A stretch of DNA of 64,000 nucleotides from Eledone cirrhosa (lineage: Eukaryota): positions 51,212,001 to 51,276,000 of the forward strand of contig OZ024741.1 in the NCBI GenBank assembly GCA_964016885.1, in the 5' to 3' direction. Below are positions 37,429-52,910 of the stretch, in pieces. A program made the position numbers and the translations under genes. How positions within the stretch are numbered: the stretch's first letter is position 1; every line of letters starts with the position of its first letter. A model generated the notes under the pieces. That model ran no database searches. It saw nothing but the letters and a program-made list of their open reading frames with translations, and was not told where the DNA came from.

Positions 37429-38168
37429 CCTGATCCGTCAACAGTGTTGTGGCTTTTTTTATAATATAGTCAGGCAGAGAGAGAGGAGGAAGAGAGAAAC
37501 TAGGATAGAAAGAGGAAAGAAGATATTGTAATAGATAGAAGAAGGAGGATGAAACTGTCATAAACGGCGGAAGGAGATTCGGTAATTTGTTTTGACGCAT
37601 GGCAAAGGACATCTTCCGTTACAGAACAAAAATCATCACATGAGAAACTCCAGAATAACAAGGCACAAAGTTGACCCTATTGAGAAAATATTATCCTTAA
37701 CAGGAGCGACGGAAGCATTTCTGAATTGGGGGGGGGGGGTCAAATTTGGTCAATTTATTTATAGTGATTAGTTTAGCTGTTTTGACTTTGCCTTTCATCC
37801 TTACAGGGTCGATAAAATAAAGTACCAGTAATGAACTGGGTAATTGCTGGCCTTGTGCCTAAAGTAGAAACAATTATAAAATATCAACTAAGGTATAAAA
37901 AAACTTCGATATGCGATAAATATAACATTTACATAAATCGTAGCACATATACAAATAGATGTGTGTTTTGGTAGTTTGGGGAGAAACCTACCCTGCTTAA
38001 TATAGTATTGAGTCCTCATTCTCGCGACCTTCAAAGCTAAGCTTATATGTAAACACATCCCCCCTCACGTGAAACACCTGAAGGCAATTCTTCAACGTAC
38101 AAAGAGTATAAAAAATTGTACATGTATCTAATTTTATTTTACTTTAAATTTTCAAATATAAACTGTGT

Positions 38169-38209
<41 letters not shown>

Positions 38210-38293
38210 AGAGAGAGAGAGCGGGATAGGTATATACATATAGATAACTAGATAGATACACACACACACACACACGCACACACGCACACACAC

Positions 38294-38363
<70 letters not shown>

Positions 38364-38632
38364 CACACATACCTTCATAAAGTATATATATAAGAAGCAA
38401 TTTTGACAGAACACTCACATATATTCAAACTGCTCACAGAATACATGAAAAAACATTTTTAAAAATATTCAATATTTAATATTTACTATCTATTCTTTGA
38501 TAAGATTGTTATACCAATCGAAATCTAATCATATTTAATGTAACAATTATTTAATGTAACAATTATTCCTTCTGTTGGATTAAAGAAAAACTAAACTTTA
38601 AATATACTTCTGACATGTGTATTTTCACCTTA

Positions 38633-38708
<76 letters not shown>

Positions 38709-38802
38709 AAAAGTAAAAAACAAAAACAATAACAAGAAGTGCATTTACGAACAATGTTGGTATTAGGTTCACTCTTGAGAGTGGGGCGTGGGGGACGACG
38801 TT

Positions 38803-38826
38803 TCGGGCATAAACTATTCATCAGGA
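38803..38826 (-). ncRNA. Minimal hammerhead-like core, family H5 (approx. 38793-38826)
   Basis: Minus strand CTGATGA atagtttatgccc GAAAC GTC GTC; related to 55920. Confidence 0.45.
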
Positions 38827-39065
38827 GAAAGGTGGGAAGGAAAAGAGTTCCGAGAGGGCGTGAGGGGGGGGGGGGTGAAAAGATATTAAAATAAAAGGAA
38901 AAAAATTAAAATGAAAACAAGGGGTGAAAGGGTGTGAGGCGTGAAGAAGTGGTGGTGGGTGGATGGAGGGGAGGGAGAGAGGAGAAGGAAATTGGGGGTC
39001 CGAGCGGGGAAGGCGGAAGGTGGTCTGTGTGTATATATATATATATACTGTCATTACCATAACAG

Positions 39066-39139
39066 AAGTCCGATGAGCTTTCGGGCCCGATCGATACAGA
39101 CCGAACCTTGAGTTGATCAATTGCGAAACGCGCGTCACA
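39066..39139 (+). ncRNA. Hammerhead family H3 (core CCGATGA)
   Basis: GT-CCGATGA-GC...GC-GAAAC-GCGC-GTC-AC. Confidence 0.55.
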
Positions 39140-39731
39140 CCTCAATAAATGTAATGAAAATTTAACACCTCGTCCATTTTCATTTCATTTACAGCGAATT
39201 TTTTAAAATTTATTTTAAAACTTTTTCTCTATTTGCTAGACCTGGATTTTATATGTTCTGGCTTGTTAATTTATTAACCCGCCATAGAACCACATTGGCA
39301 TACGGTTGGATAATACTTGTATCCCTATATGTATTTTTTTCACGTAGGAACACATACTTTATTATTATTAATCTCCCCTAAGGTTGAGATAAAACTTGGT
39401 CGTTTGGATTGCTGCTATTTCTAGTGGCAGGACATTGACCTGTCCACCCTTCCTTTTGTCTTTGCACACGGTACCAGACAGAATTATTTCTTTCATCATT
39501 CACTCTCATCTGGGAATGGTTTTGTATGGCGTCAGTTTGTGATTTAAACTCGGGAATTTTATATTCTCCGAGCGAGAAGAGCCTTCTGAAGATAGTTCCC
39601 TTCTCAATGAAGATCCGCTTGGATTATCCGTTTATTTTGGAACTTGAATCCGCGGTAAAGGCACATATAGTGAGTACAGCGAATTTTTTTTTATTTATTT
39701 TAACACTTTTTCTCTATTTGCTATACCTGGA

Positions 39732-39773
<42 letters not shown>

Positions 39774-39923
39774 ATTAGAACCCTGTAACCATTAAGCTCT
39801 AAGTATAAAGCACAAATAAATACTGAGCCGATTAACAATATATAGTAAGAAACACAGTAAACCGTGTGTCTAAAATTACAATTATCTTGTAATTTTAGAC
39901 ACACGGTTTACTGTGTTTCTTAC

Positions 39924-39956
<33 letters not shown>

Positions 39957-40201
39957 GTTATATTTGGGGAGGGTTATATTGTTATAATATTGCCAGAAAT
40001 ATATAATAAAATACACTCACTGTTTGTTGTGTTTTATTATATATTTCTGGCAATATTATAACAATATAACCCTCCCCAAATATTACAATATTTGTTTCAT
40101 ATCAAAAACCTTGTAAAATAAATACATTGTATATATATATATGTACCACACTCTCCTACCACCAGGAAAGATATAAATACCACCATATTACTTGGACAGC
40201 C

Positions 40202-40252
40202 GGCTTCCTGATGATTTCTCCAGAATGAAACAGTTCTAGTCCTGTAGAAGCC
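40202..40252 (+). ncRNA. Hammerhead H1 with compensatory stem I
   Basis: GGCTTC CTGATGA ... GAAA CAG..CTG TA GAAGCC (GGCTTC/GAAGCC versus AGATTC/GAATCT in other copies). Confidence 0.85.
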
Positions 40253-40260
40253 TTCTGTAT

Positions 40261-40313
<53 letters not shown>

Positions 40314-40614
40314 CAGTAAAGAAGCAAAGAGAAACGAACACATATATATAACTATATGCGTTCAAATCACTAGTTGCCATAGTAGGTTTCTATATCTCGA
40401 TTTATCCTTTTAATTGAGTTCTGTGAACCATCCTATTTTAGTCCTTATTTTCTTCACCCTGTCGGTTTCTGTCCCTTGTAGTTTGAACGCATATAGTTAT
40501 ATATCTGTGTTCGTCTCTCTTTACTGTGTTATTCGGCTCGGAATTTTTTTTTTTTTCCTTCGGCTAATTTGATTATAAGGGACTATTGTGAGTTTTTAAC
40601 TCAATATATACTTT

Positions 40615-40691
<77 letters not shown>

Positions 40692-40896
40692 AGTGTGTGT
40701 GTGTGTGTGTGTGTGTACTGTAATACAAGTTTGGTAGAAATATCCAAGGGTAATAGCACTCAGTCCATAGGACGAGTTACAACAGTGACATAAACAGGTC
40801 CTTCAGTTCTTTGTTTATTTTACAGGTTCAATGAATTGGGGGTGTATAACCCAACGAAACTTAATCACCTGTATATGTCTCTGTTGCAACTAATTA

Positions 40897-40952
<56 letters not shown>

Positions 40953-40974
40953 ATATATATATATATATATATAT

Positions 40975-41044
<70 letters not shown>

Positions 41045-41113
41045 ATATATATATATATATATATATCGTATATATATATATATTTATTTATATATATTTA
41101 TATATATATATAT

Positions 41114-41151
<38 letters not shown>

Positions 41152-41170
41152 ATATATATATATATATACA

Positions 41171-41613
<443 letters not shown>

Positions 41614-41857
41614 AGGGAGTGTAACGTGAACTTACTGTAGGCTCACCCAGCACTCGATGTTTAAGTTAACGTCAGTGGTGAGGTGTAGAGCTAAACAGAG
41701 TGTAATGTAATAATATAAGGACGATTTGTTAATCCTTCATTACGTTTATTGATTGGTGACGCGCGTTTCGCTATTGATCAGCTCAAGGTTTGATCTGTAT
41801 CGATCGGTCCCGACGCTATAAAGCTTTATATGTTCATTCTGTCATTACAACAGCAGA

Positions 41858-41942
41858 GGTCCGATGAGCTTTTGATTCCAGAGTCGGGCCAGATCGATAC
41901 AGATTGAACCGTCAGCTGATCAATAGCGAAACGCGCGTCACC
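41858..41942 (+). ncRNA. Hammerhead H3 (CCGATGA core, long stem II) with an upstream inverted partial copy at 41717-41813
   Basis: GGT-CCGATGA-GCT...AGC-GAAAC-GCGC-GTC-ACC followed by AATAAA. Confidence 0.6.
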
Positions 41943-41981
41943 AATCAATAAACGTAATGAAGGCTTAACAAATCGTCCTTA

Positions 41982-42018
<37 letters not shown>

Positions 42019-42029
42019 GTTATTATTAT

Positions 42030-42060
<31 letters not shown>

Positions 42061-42286
42061 ATATAATACAATATAATATATATAATAGTGGTAATAATAA
42101 TAATGCTATTAATAAATGAGGAGATCTCCCACCCATATCTTCTCTTGTGAAAATGGGTATAGTTTTCATGATGTAAAATCTCTCCATTTTGCCCCATTTC
42201 TCCCTGTTTTAGGGCATTTTTTTTTCATAGTACTTCCCGTTTGGGTTTTTAGAGGTTGGCATGTCTGATATATATATATGTGTGTA

Positions 42287-42386
<100 letters not shown>

Positions 42387-42787
42387 TGTGTGTGTGTGTA
42401 TGTGTGTGTGTGTGTGATTATCTTTATTATATACTAGACCTGTTGGGTCACGTTCAATTAAAAAATTTTTTTTAAATCAGGTTCCCTTAATAATAATGTT
42501 TAAATAATTAAAATATACACAGACATGTATATAATGTAAAATGAAATTCGAAGGCCCATATATATGAATACAATAAATGAAATCTGAGTTTTTCGAATAT
42601 AGAACAAGAATGAGGGGCTCATTCTACTTACAGGGCTTAAAAAGAGGCTGTTTGTATAATTGCAAACGAATCGAATATTACTATTAATATTCGAAAAATT
42701 CAGATTACAATTATATGCATAAATATATGTATATATATATATTTATACACATATAAACACACACACACACACACACACATAGACACG

Positions 42788-42892
<105 letters not shown>

Positions 42893-43384
42893 CATGAGCT
42901 TGTGTTGGCATGCATGTGTTGTATGCAAGTTTACACACACACACAGACACATACCACCGTGTGTCTGTACGGAAGAGTGGCGCGATATTGTTATGTATAT
43001 ATACATTTATATAGGTGGCCTTATTTACATAGTAAGGGGGCTTTCTATTGACACACTGATGTAGCCTTATTGACATAGTAGGGGGTTTCTATTGGCATAG
43101 TGTTGGTCCTATTTACAGTGAGTCATTTCAACAAGAAGTGTTTACGTTTCTGTCATTGATATACTCAATGAATTTGTATAATTACCTACATCTCTACCTT
43201 GCGGCCTACCTATCTTCCTACCTAACTTCCTGCCTACTTACCTACTTACCTGCTTACCTGCCTACTTACCTTCCTACTTACCTGCCTATCCACGTACATC
43301 TCTACCTATCTACCTCTCCAACCACATATATACCTAACTACCTACTAAACTATCTTCCTCACTGCCTAGCCACCTACCTATCTA

Positions 43385-43773
43385 CTTACATACAAACATT
43401 ACATACATTACATACATACATATATACATACATACATATATACATACATACATATATACATACATTACATACATACATATATACATACATACATATATAC
43501 ATACATATACATACATAAATACATACATACATATATACATACATACATATACACATACATAAATACATACATACATATATACATACATACATACATAAAT
43601 ACATACATACATATATACATACATACATACATATATACATACATACATATATACATACATTACATACATACATATATACATACATACATATATACATACA
43701 TACATATATACATACATTACATACATACATATATACATACATACATATATACATACATACATATATACATATA

Positions 43774-43807
<34 letters not shown>

Positions 43808-43980
43808 CATACATTACATACATACATATATACATACATATATACATACATACATACATACATATATACATACATACATATATACATACATACATATATA
43901 CATACATTACATACATACATATATACATACATACATATATACATACATTACATACATACATATATACATACATACATACA

Positions 43981-44014
<34 letters not shown>

Positions 44015-44085
44015 CATACATTACATACATACATATATACATACATACATATATACATATATACATACATACATACATACATATA

Positions 44086-44119
<34 letters not shown>

Positions 44120-44158
44120 CATACATTACATACATACATACATACATACATAGATATA

Positions 44159-44192
<34 letters not shown>

Positions 44193-44308
44193 CATACATA
44201 CATATATACATACATTACATACATACATACATACATACATATATACATACATTACATACATACATATATACATACATACATATATACATACATACATACA
44301 TACATATA

Positions 44309-44342
<34 letters not shown>

Positions 44343-44633
44343 CATACATTACATACATACATACATACATACATAGATATATACATACATACATACATAT
44401 ATACATACATACATATATACATACATACATATATACATACATTACATACATACATATATACATACATACATATATACATACATTACATACATACATATAT
44501 ACATACATACATATATACATACATTACATACATAAATACATACATACATACATATATACATACATATACATACATAAATACATACATACATATATACATA
44601 CATACATACATAAATACATACATACATATATAC
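43385..44633. repeat. (CATA)n-derived compound microsatellite with recurring TACATTACA variant
   Basis: Direct reading. Confidence 0.9.
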
Positions 44634-45272
44634 ATGGTGGCTGCCAACTCGTTTTCGAGTACGGCCACTACTTTACATCCATGTAGGATAACCCCTACCG
44701 AAGCGCTGAACGAGTGTGACTTTTTAGTCCAGCCAGCGACTTGAAACCTCTGGTACAAACACTACACCTGTGACAATTATTGACACATAGTGCTAGGCCC
44801 ATGGTAGGACAATCATTGACACATAGTGCTGGGCCCATGTGAGGACAAGTGCAGAGAGATCTCCAGATATAAAGCAATGCCTGTGCCGTGAAGCTTTTAT
44901 AGTGAGCAAAGGCACTGCACAAAGCCAGTCCCACTCTCTTAACCAAGATGCTATTTACCAAAAAGAAGAACAAGTCAACATCATTGGATACCATCAGGGT
45001 TGCAGGTGTTATATCAGAGTTTTCCTTCTCCTAGAATTCTGCCTTGACTAAGGCTAAAGGGGTCATCTCTCCCGGTGATTTTGGATGGCCATTGACTCTT
45101 AAGAGCTCCTTTGCCCTTTGACAGGTTTTGTTTTTAGTCCTGCAGGATGTCCAAAGTCACCCTCCTCACCAAGAAACCTTGGTGGGGTTGCCAGTTTAGT
45201 CGCCAACGACCCGACCATGAGACAGGTTGTACTGGGATACATGTTACCAGTAGCACCAACTGGTGACCTGAC
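44634..45272 (-). mobile_element. RTE-derived element A
   Basis: Full length; small internal duplication at ~44770-44840. Confidence 0.75.
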
Positions 45273-45314
45273 ATATATACATACATACATATATACATAC
45301 ATACATACATACAT

Positions 45315-45902
45315 ATGTCATCTCGCTACTACCTCCCCATGAGACACGATGGGATAGCTAGAACCATCTGGAACGCACTTCGGAAAACAAAATTAACAAC
45401 AAACGAGGAAGAATATATTGAGACAGATGGCACTAAGGAATACTGGTGGAACCTGAAAATAAAAACTGCCACCAAATTAAAGCACAACCGGCCTGATATT
45501 GTAGTTTGGGACCACACATTGAAAACGTGTTCTGTTGTGGAGATCAGCTGCCCACTTGATGTAAACGTTGTCAGAAAAATACAGGAGAAGGAGGACATCT
45601 ACGGACCATTGATGAGGAGTTTACAAATCCAGTATCCAAGATACACCTTTAGCTTCATACCCATCATTATTGGAGCTACGGGTTATATACGTTTGGACCA
45701 AAGTATGACTGAACTTGGATTTGCGGACAAAAAGCGCAGCTCCCTAATTCATAGTCTGCAGATGGCTGCGATAGCTGGCACCTTCAAAATTTGCAAAACA
45801 TTCTTGCGATTCAAGGGATGACAATTTCTTTTCATTTACAACCTTGCCACCAGGAAGGTGGCCGGTCAAAAAAATATACTCGAAATTAAGAGAAAGAGAA
45901 AA
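45315..45902 (+). mobile_element. RLE-type LINE family R2, 5'-truncated
   Basis: MRHD, NRPDIVV, VEISCP; (CATA)n flanks. Confidence 0.85.
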
Positions 45903-45932
45903 CATACATACATACATACATACATACATACA

Positions 45933-45963
<31 letters not shown>

Positions 45964-45965
<2 letters not shown>

Positions 45966-46563
45966 GGTGGCTGCCAACTCGTTTTCGAGTACGGCCACTA
46001 CTTTATATCCATGTAGGAGAACCCCTACCGATGCGCTCAACGAGTGTGACATTTTAGTCCAGCCAGCGACTTGAAAACTCTGGTACAAACACTACACCTG
46101 TGACAATTATTGACACACAGTGCTGGTACCATGTGACGACAAGTGCAGAGAGATCTCCAGATATAAAGCAATGCCTGTGCCGTGAAGCTTTTATAGTGAG
46201 CAAATGCACTGCACAAAGCCAGTCCCACTCTCTTAACCAATATGATATTTACCAAAAAGAAGAACAAGTCAACATCATTGGATACCATCAGGGTTGCAGG
46301 TGTTATATCAGAGTTTTCCTTCTCCTAGAATTCTGCCTTGACAAAGGCTAGAGGTCATCTCTCCGGTGATTTGGGATGGCCATTGACTCTTAAGAGCTCC
46401 TTTGCCCTTTGACAGGTTTTGTTTTTAGTCCTGCAGGATGTCCAAAGTCACCCTCCTCACCAAGAAACCTTGGTGGGGTTGCCAGTTTAGTCGCAAACGA
46501 CCCGACCATGAGACAGGTTGTACTGGGATACATGTTACCAGTAGCACCAACTGGTGACCTGAC
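45964..46563 (-). mobile_element. RTE-derived element A
   Basis: Full length. Confidence 0.75.
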
Positions 46564-46624
46564 ATACATATATACATACATACATACATACATACATACA
46601 TACATACATACATACATACATACA

Positions 46625-46658
<34 letters not shown>

Positions 46659-46665
46659 CATACAT

Positions 46666-47534
46666 CAAAAAAATTGACCAATTTACAGAAAAGTTGTGCA
46701 TGGATACTTGAGGCGTAAAACACAGACCATAGAGGGGATAAACCACTCAAAAAGCCTGGCATGGAGTTCCGGCAAGTTTATAACATCACACCTTGAGGGA
46801 TATCTCTATGCAATACAGGAACAAGAACTCCCTACCAAATATCTGCTGCACAAAGGAGGAGGGCCATCAGCTGACAATAAATGTAGGCTATGTAAAACAA
46901 AGATCGAGGATGTAAGCCACATTGTTGCCAGCTGCGAAAGAATGTCATCTCGCTACTACCTCCCCATGAGACACGATGGGATAGCTAGAACCATCTGGAA
47001 CGCACTTAAAAAAACAAAATTAACAACAAACGAGGAAGAATATATTGAGACAGATGGCATTAAGGAATACTGGTGGAACCTGAAAATAAAAACTGTCACC
47101 AAATTAAAGCACAACCGGCCTGATATTGTTGTTTGGGACCACACATTGAAAACGTGTTCTGTTGTGGAGATCAGCTGCCCACTTGATGTAAACGTTGTCA
47201 GAAAAATACAGGAGAAGGAGGACATCTACGGACCATTGATGAGGAGTTTACAAATCCAGTATCCAAGATACACCTTTAGCTTCATACCCATCATTATTGG
47301 AGCTACGGGTTATATACCAACCCGCTTGGACCAAAGTATGACTGAACTTGGATTTGCGGACAAAAAGCGCAGCTCCCTAATTCATAGTCTGCAAATGGCT
47401 GCGATAGCTGGCACCTTCAAAATTTGCAAAACATTCTTGCGATTCAAGGGATGACAATTTCTTTTCATTCACAACCTTGCCACCAGGAAGGTGGCCGGTC
47501 AAAAAAATATACTCGAAATTAAGAGAAAGAGATA
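46666..47534 (+). mobile_element. RLE-type LINE family R2 (ORF 46696-47454: CCHC + RLE)
   Basis: AIQEQ, CRLC..IEDVSHIVASC, RHD, RPD, VEISCP; same 3' end as the 45315-45902 copy. Confidence 0.85.
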
Positions 47535-47599
47535 ACATACATACATACATACATACATACATACATACATACATACATACATACATACATACATACATA

Positions 47600-48276
47600 C
47601 AAATAAACACATTCAAAGCTGCAACAATGTGGAAGACATCCATGTACATAATATGAAAGAGTACTGGTGGAATGTTCCAGTAAAAACCCCAATAAAATGT
47701 AGGCATAACAGACCAGATATTATGATATGGGACAGGGAGAAGAAAACATGCACAGTAGTGGAAATTAGCTGCCCAGCAGATGTCAATATAATATCAAAGA
47801 TTAGCAAAAAGGAGAATATTTATGCAGAACTGATGAGAAATCTGAAGATACTCCACCCTTATTACACCTTCAGATTTATGCCTGCGATTATTGGGGCACT
47901 GGGGTATGTTAATAACTGCCTCAATACAAATCTTGAGAAGCTAGGCTTCACGGGAACAGAAAGAACATAACTAGTTAGGAAACTACAAGTACAATCCATT
48001 AATGGAACAGTAACAATATGTAAAACATTCCAAAAATGTTGCATCTAATAACTGCATATACACATGTACAGATACAAAGCATATACACATGCACACATGC
48101 AACTCAAAACATACACATCCACACATACAATAACATCCATATCTACACATGCATACATACATACATATCTACCTAGTTGATGTTGTGTAAATTCCAATGA
48201 GAGAGTCTTGTGTCTATGTTAGAAACCAACTCTCTCTCTATTGGTAAAACTTTGTGAAATTATAAAACCAGAGAAC
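47600..48276 (+). mobile_element. RLE-type LINE family R1 3' fragment
   Basis: Highly similar to 28335-29018; premature stop at 47970. Confidence 0.85.
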
Positions 48277-48394
48277 ATACATATATACATACATACATAC
48301 ATATATACATATATACAAACATTACATACATACATACATACATACATATATACATATATACAAACATTACATACATACATACATACATACATAC

Positions 48395-48800
48395 ATGGTG
48401 GCTGCCAACTCGTTTTCGAGTACGGCCACTACTTTATATCCATGTAGGAGAACCCCTACCGATGCGCTAAAAAAGTGTGACCCTTGGTCCAGCCAGCGAC
48501 TTGAAAACTGGTACAAACACTACACCTGTGACAATTATTGACACATAGTGTTGGGCCCATGGTACCATGTGATGACAAGTGCAGAGAGATCTCCAGATAT
48601 AAAGCAATGCCTGTGCCGTGAAGCTTTTATAGTGAGCAAAGGCACTGCACAAAGCCAGTCCCACTCTCTTAACCAAGATGATATTTACCAAAAAGAAGAA
48701 CAAGTCAACATCATTGGATACCATCAGGGTTGCAGGTGTTATATCAGAGTTTTTTTCTCCTAGAATTCTGCCTTGACAAAGGCTAAGGGGTCAGCTCTCC
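48395..48800 (-). mobile_element. RTE-derived element A, 5'-truncated
   Basis: Homology to the A consensus. Confidence 0.75.
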
Positions 48801-49151
48801 AGGATATATATACATATATTTATAAATATACATACATACATACATACATACATACATACATACATACATACATACACACATGCATACATATATATATATA
48901 TATATATACATACATACATACATACATACACATACATGTACATACATACATATATACATACATATATATATACATATATATATATATACATATATACATA
49001 CACATACATACATATATATACACACACACATATACATACACATACACATATACACACATACATATATATACACATATATACATATACACATATATACATA
49101 TACATACATACACACATACATACACATATACATACATATACATATACACAC

Positions 49152-49740
49152 ATGGTGGCTGCCAACTCGTTTTCGAGTACGGCCACTACTTCATATCCAT
49201 GTAGGAGAACCCCTACCGATGCGCTGAACGGGTGTGACTTTTTAGTCCAGCCAGCGACTTGAAAACTCTGCTACAAACACTACACTTGTGACAATTATTG
49301 ACACACAGTGCTGGTACCATGTGACGACAAGTGCAGAGAGATCTCCAGATATAAAGCAATGCCTGTGCCGTGAAGCTTTTATAGTGAGCAAAGGCACTGC
49401 ACAAAGCCAGTCCCACTCTCTTAACCAAGATGATATTTACCAAAAAGAAAAACAAGTCAACATCATTGGATACCATCAGAGTTGCAGGTGTTATATCAGA
49501 GTTTTCCTTCTCCTAGAATTCTGCCTTGACAAAGGCTAAGGGGTCATCTCTCCCGGTGATTTTGGATGACCATTGACTCTTAAGAGCCCCTTTGCCCTTT
49601 GACAGGTTTTGTTTTTAGTCCTGCAGGATGTCCAAAGCCACCCTCCTCACCAAGAAACCTTGGTGGGGTTGCCAGTTTAGTCGCCATCGACCCGACCATG
49701 AGACAGGTTGTACTGGGATACATGTTACCAGTAGCACCAA
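49152..49740 (-). mobile_element. RTE-derived element A
   Basis: Homology; lacks only the first ~10 nt. Confidence 0.75.
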
Positions 49741-50035
49741 ATACATATATACATACATATATACGTACATATATACATACCTTCCTGCCTACCTTACACA
49801 CAAACCTACTTACCTATCAACCTACCTACTTATCTACCTACCTACCTACCTATTAAACTAGGTACATACTAATATATCTATATATTTCTACATTATCGAT
49901 CGATCTATCAGGCTGTCTCTTTCTCTCTGTCGATCTATTTATAAAACCTTAAATATTTTCTGTCTTCCTATTTTCCTACATTTATCTACATCTATATATC
50001 TATAGCTATCTATATATCTATCTATCTATCTATCT

Positions 50036-50620
50036 ACGAATGTCCTGGCGTGGCTGATCTGTGGGGCTACGCCGAACAACTGCTGTCGCGGGTGGCGCCG
50101 ATTAAATTGACCGCCGAGTCCGTGATGACAATCAAACCGCCTCCCCTCTTCACAAAGGAAGCAAAGGCGGTTTTTCTGTGCGTAATAGCCATGTTGAAAG
50201 AGGTTGTTTGGTGGACACGATTGAAAGGTCTGAGGTCAGGCAACTTCCTCTCTGGCCATAGTCTGGTCTACTTCTTCCGATATCACTTCGGAAGAAGGAT
50301 AAGAATGGAGAGAGAGGTGCTTGGCCACAGGCAGTTTTATGAAAGGTGGGTGATAGTGGCGAGAATGGCTCGTGTAAATGGGCCTTCTCTGTATACCATC
50401 CTGTAGGTAAAGAAGTAAAGGAGAGGGGAGCACCTTCTCCATGTGCTCCCCGGGCAAAGGATTGCACACTTTTTCGGGGGTGTGTGCAACCCCCATCACG
50501 TCCCCTCCCTTTTGAGGTTATTTTCGATTATTTTCATGTTACACCCTTTTTACTCGATTATATGTAAACTCCCCCTTTGTATTTGTCCCTTCTTTTTATG
50601 CCTTTATGGTAAATAAAGAA
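50036..50620 (+). mobile_element. Tx1 family T-C 3' fragment
   Basis: CPGVADLWGYAEQLL...KEVVWWTRL; ends TAAATAAAGAAA-TCTATCTA. Confidence 0.8.
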
Positions 50621-50635
50621 ATCTATCTATCTATC

Positions 50636-52892
50636 TACGAATTTTACGTAGCAATGCCGGACTTATTCTCCGGTCTCCTGGAAGCGGTCTACTGCAACTG
50701 GCAACAGAACGGGAGAATTCCCAGTTCTGTAACCGGGGGCGTAGTCACACTAGTCAGGAAGGACGAGAATAAGGGGGATGACATAGGCAACTTCCGGCCC
50801 ATAACTCTGCTAAACACAGAGTTACAGATTTTGGCCAAGGTGTTGGCAAAGAGGCTGGCGCTTGTCGTCGGGAACCTGGTGGGAGAAGCGTAGACATGCG
50901 CAATCCCGACCAGGTCCATACACGACAACCTCCACCTCATGCGATACATCATAGAGAGGGTAGGGTGTAAACCCGGCTTCGGTGGGGTCCTAATCAACTT
51001 GGATCAGTCTAAGGCTTTCATAGGGTTGACCATCGTTACCTGGATGCGTTGCTCGAGGCAGCAGGTTTCGGACCCGTGTTCAGGGGCTGGATTGCTGCAA
51101 TGCACAACAGCAACATCTGATCAAGGGTCAAGGTGAACGGCTACCTCTCGGAGCCGTTCCATATTAAGCGATCCATTCCACAGGGATGCCCTCTCTCCTC
51201 CATTCTGTACGTACTGACTCTCGAGCCACTACTGCGGAAGTTGGAGCTATTGCAGGGCATCCCTCTGGAACCGGAACTGCGGAAAGCGGCGTCGGCCTAC
51301 GCCGACGACGTGCCAGTAATGGTGTCGAGCGCCTCGCAAATCGAGGAAGTCGGCACCTTACTGAAGGAATACGAAAGTTTCACAGGAGCGAAGCTGAACC
51401 GGGACAAGTCCATCGGTTTGCAACTCGGATCGTGGAGAGGCAAACCGATGCCTTCCGATGGCGTCGTCGGACGCTGGACGGAAGGACCTGTAAAGCTGCT
51501 CGGGGTCTGGTTTGGTCCGGACCTCCAGGTGGAGAAGAACTGGAACAAAGTGACGGCCAAGGTGTTTGCACTCACCCAGAAGTGGGCCGACTGCAAACTA
51601 TCCTTGAAAGGTCGAGCGGAGGTGACGAACACTTTTATAGCGTCCGCTATCTACTACCGCTTGACCGTCGTGCCTTGTCCAGCCAAAACGCTCACCAAAA
51701 TGGAGCGCGCGCTCTTCCAATTCCTTTGGAAGAGGCGGGCTCTTTTGGTGAGAAGATCCATATGCTGCCAACACCCTTCTAACGGGGGGCTGGGGATGCC
51801 GTGGTTGACGATACGCAAACACGCGCTCAGGCTGCGGCATCTCTACGTATTCCTCACCGGACAACCGGTGTGGGCCCCGTTCGTGAGGCGAGCCTTCCCA
51901 CGACTCGTCTCGCTGACCGAGCTGCAGTCCTGGGTCAAGCAAAGACCGAGGAAAATGGGTGACTGGCACATCGAATGTGCTCAGGCGCTCACAGCTTTCT
52001 GGCAGGCGGACCCGGCGATCAGTGGAGACTCCACTTCGTCATTCTATAGAGGGTTGATCCGCAGCAAGTGCGACGACACGCTCGGTGAAACTCTAGGCGT
52101 AGAGGAAGATGAACTGGCCAGTCTATTCGGTAGGACCTTCCGTCCGGGACGGTGGACAACTTCCAAAAGTCCCTGGCCTGGCAGTGCTACCGAGGAGCTC
52201 TACCAGACATGGGCCCCCGGGCAGGGACCCTGCAAAAAAGATATATCCGAGGTGCATGCGAGACGAAGAAACCGTCGCGCACGCATTCATACACTGCCCG
52301 GGCGTCACTGACCTGTGGGGCTATGTAGAACGACTAATAGTCGCGGGTGGGACCAATCCGGTTGACCACCGAGTCCATAGTCAAACCGCCACCCTTCTTC
52401 AAAAACGAAGGAGAGGCGGTTTTCCTTTGTGTGATAGCTATGTCGAAAGAGGTTGTATGGTGGACAAGGTTGAAAGGGCTGAGGTCAGACACCTTTCTCT
52501 CCGGCCAATAACTGATTCTTTTTTTCAAATACCACTTTGGAAGAAGAATCAGGATGGAGGGAGAGGTGCTGTACCCCAGCAAGTTTTATGAAAGGTGGGT
52601 GAAAGTGGCGAGAATGGCCCGAGTGAATGGGCCTTCTCTCTATATCAGCCTGTAGGTTGAGGAAAAGGAGGAGTGGAAGAAAGGAGTACAAACTCTTCGT
52701 ACTCCTGGAGACGAGGGTTGCACATTTTTTCGGGGGTATGTGTTACCCATATAAACTGTCTCCCCCTATTGGGGAAAATCGACTAATTTTTTTAATTGCA
52801 TTTGTGATAACATTTTACACGTTTTTATTGTATGTAAACTTCCCCCTTTGTATTTGTCCCCTTCTTTTGTGCCCCTGTGGCTAATAAAGAAA
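50636..52892 (+). mobile_element. Tx1 family T-B, 5'-truncated, frameshifted RT
   Basis: FRPITLLN, LDQSKAF, AYADD, GGLGMP; (TCTA)n flanks. Confidence 0.88.
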
Positions 52893-52910
52893 CATATCTA
52901 TATCTATCTA

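Noticed and set aside
44634-49740. CRISPR-like repeat-spacer appearance
   Set aside because: The repeats are microsatellites and the spacers are retroelements; no cas genes and a eukaryotic context
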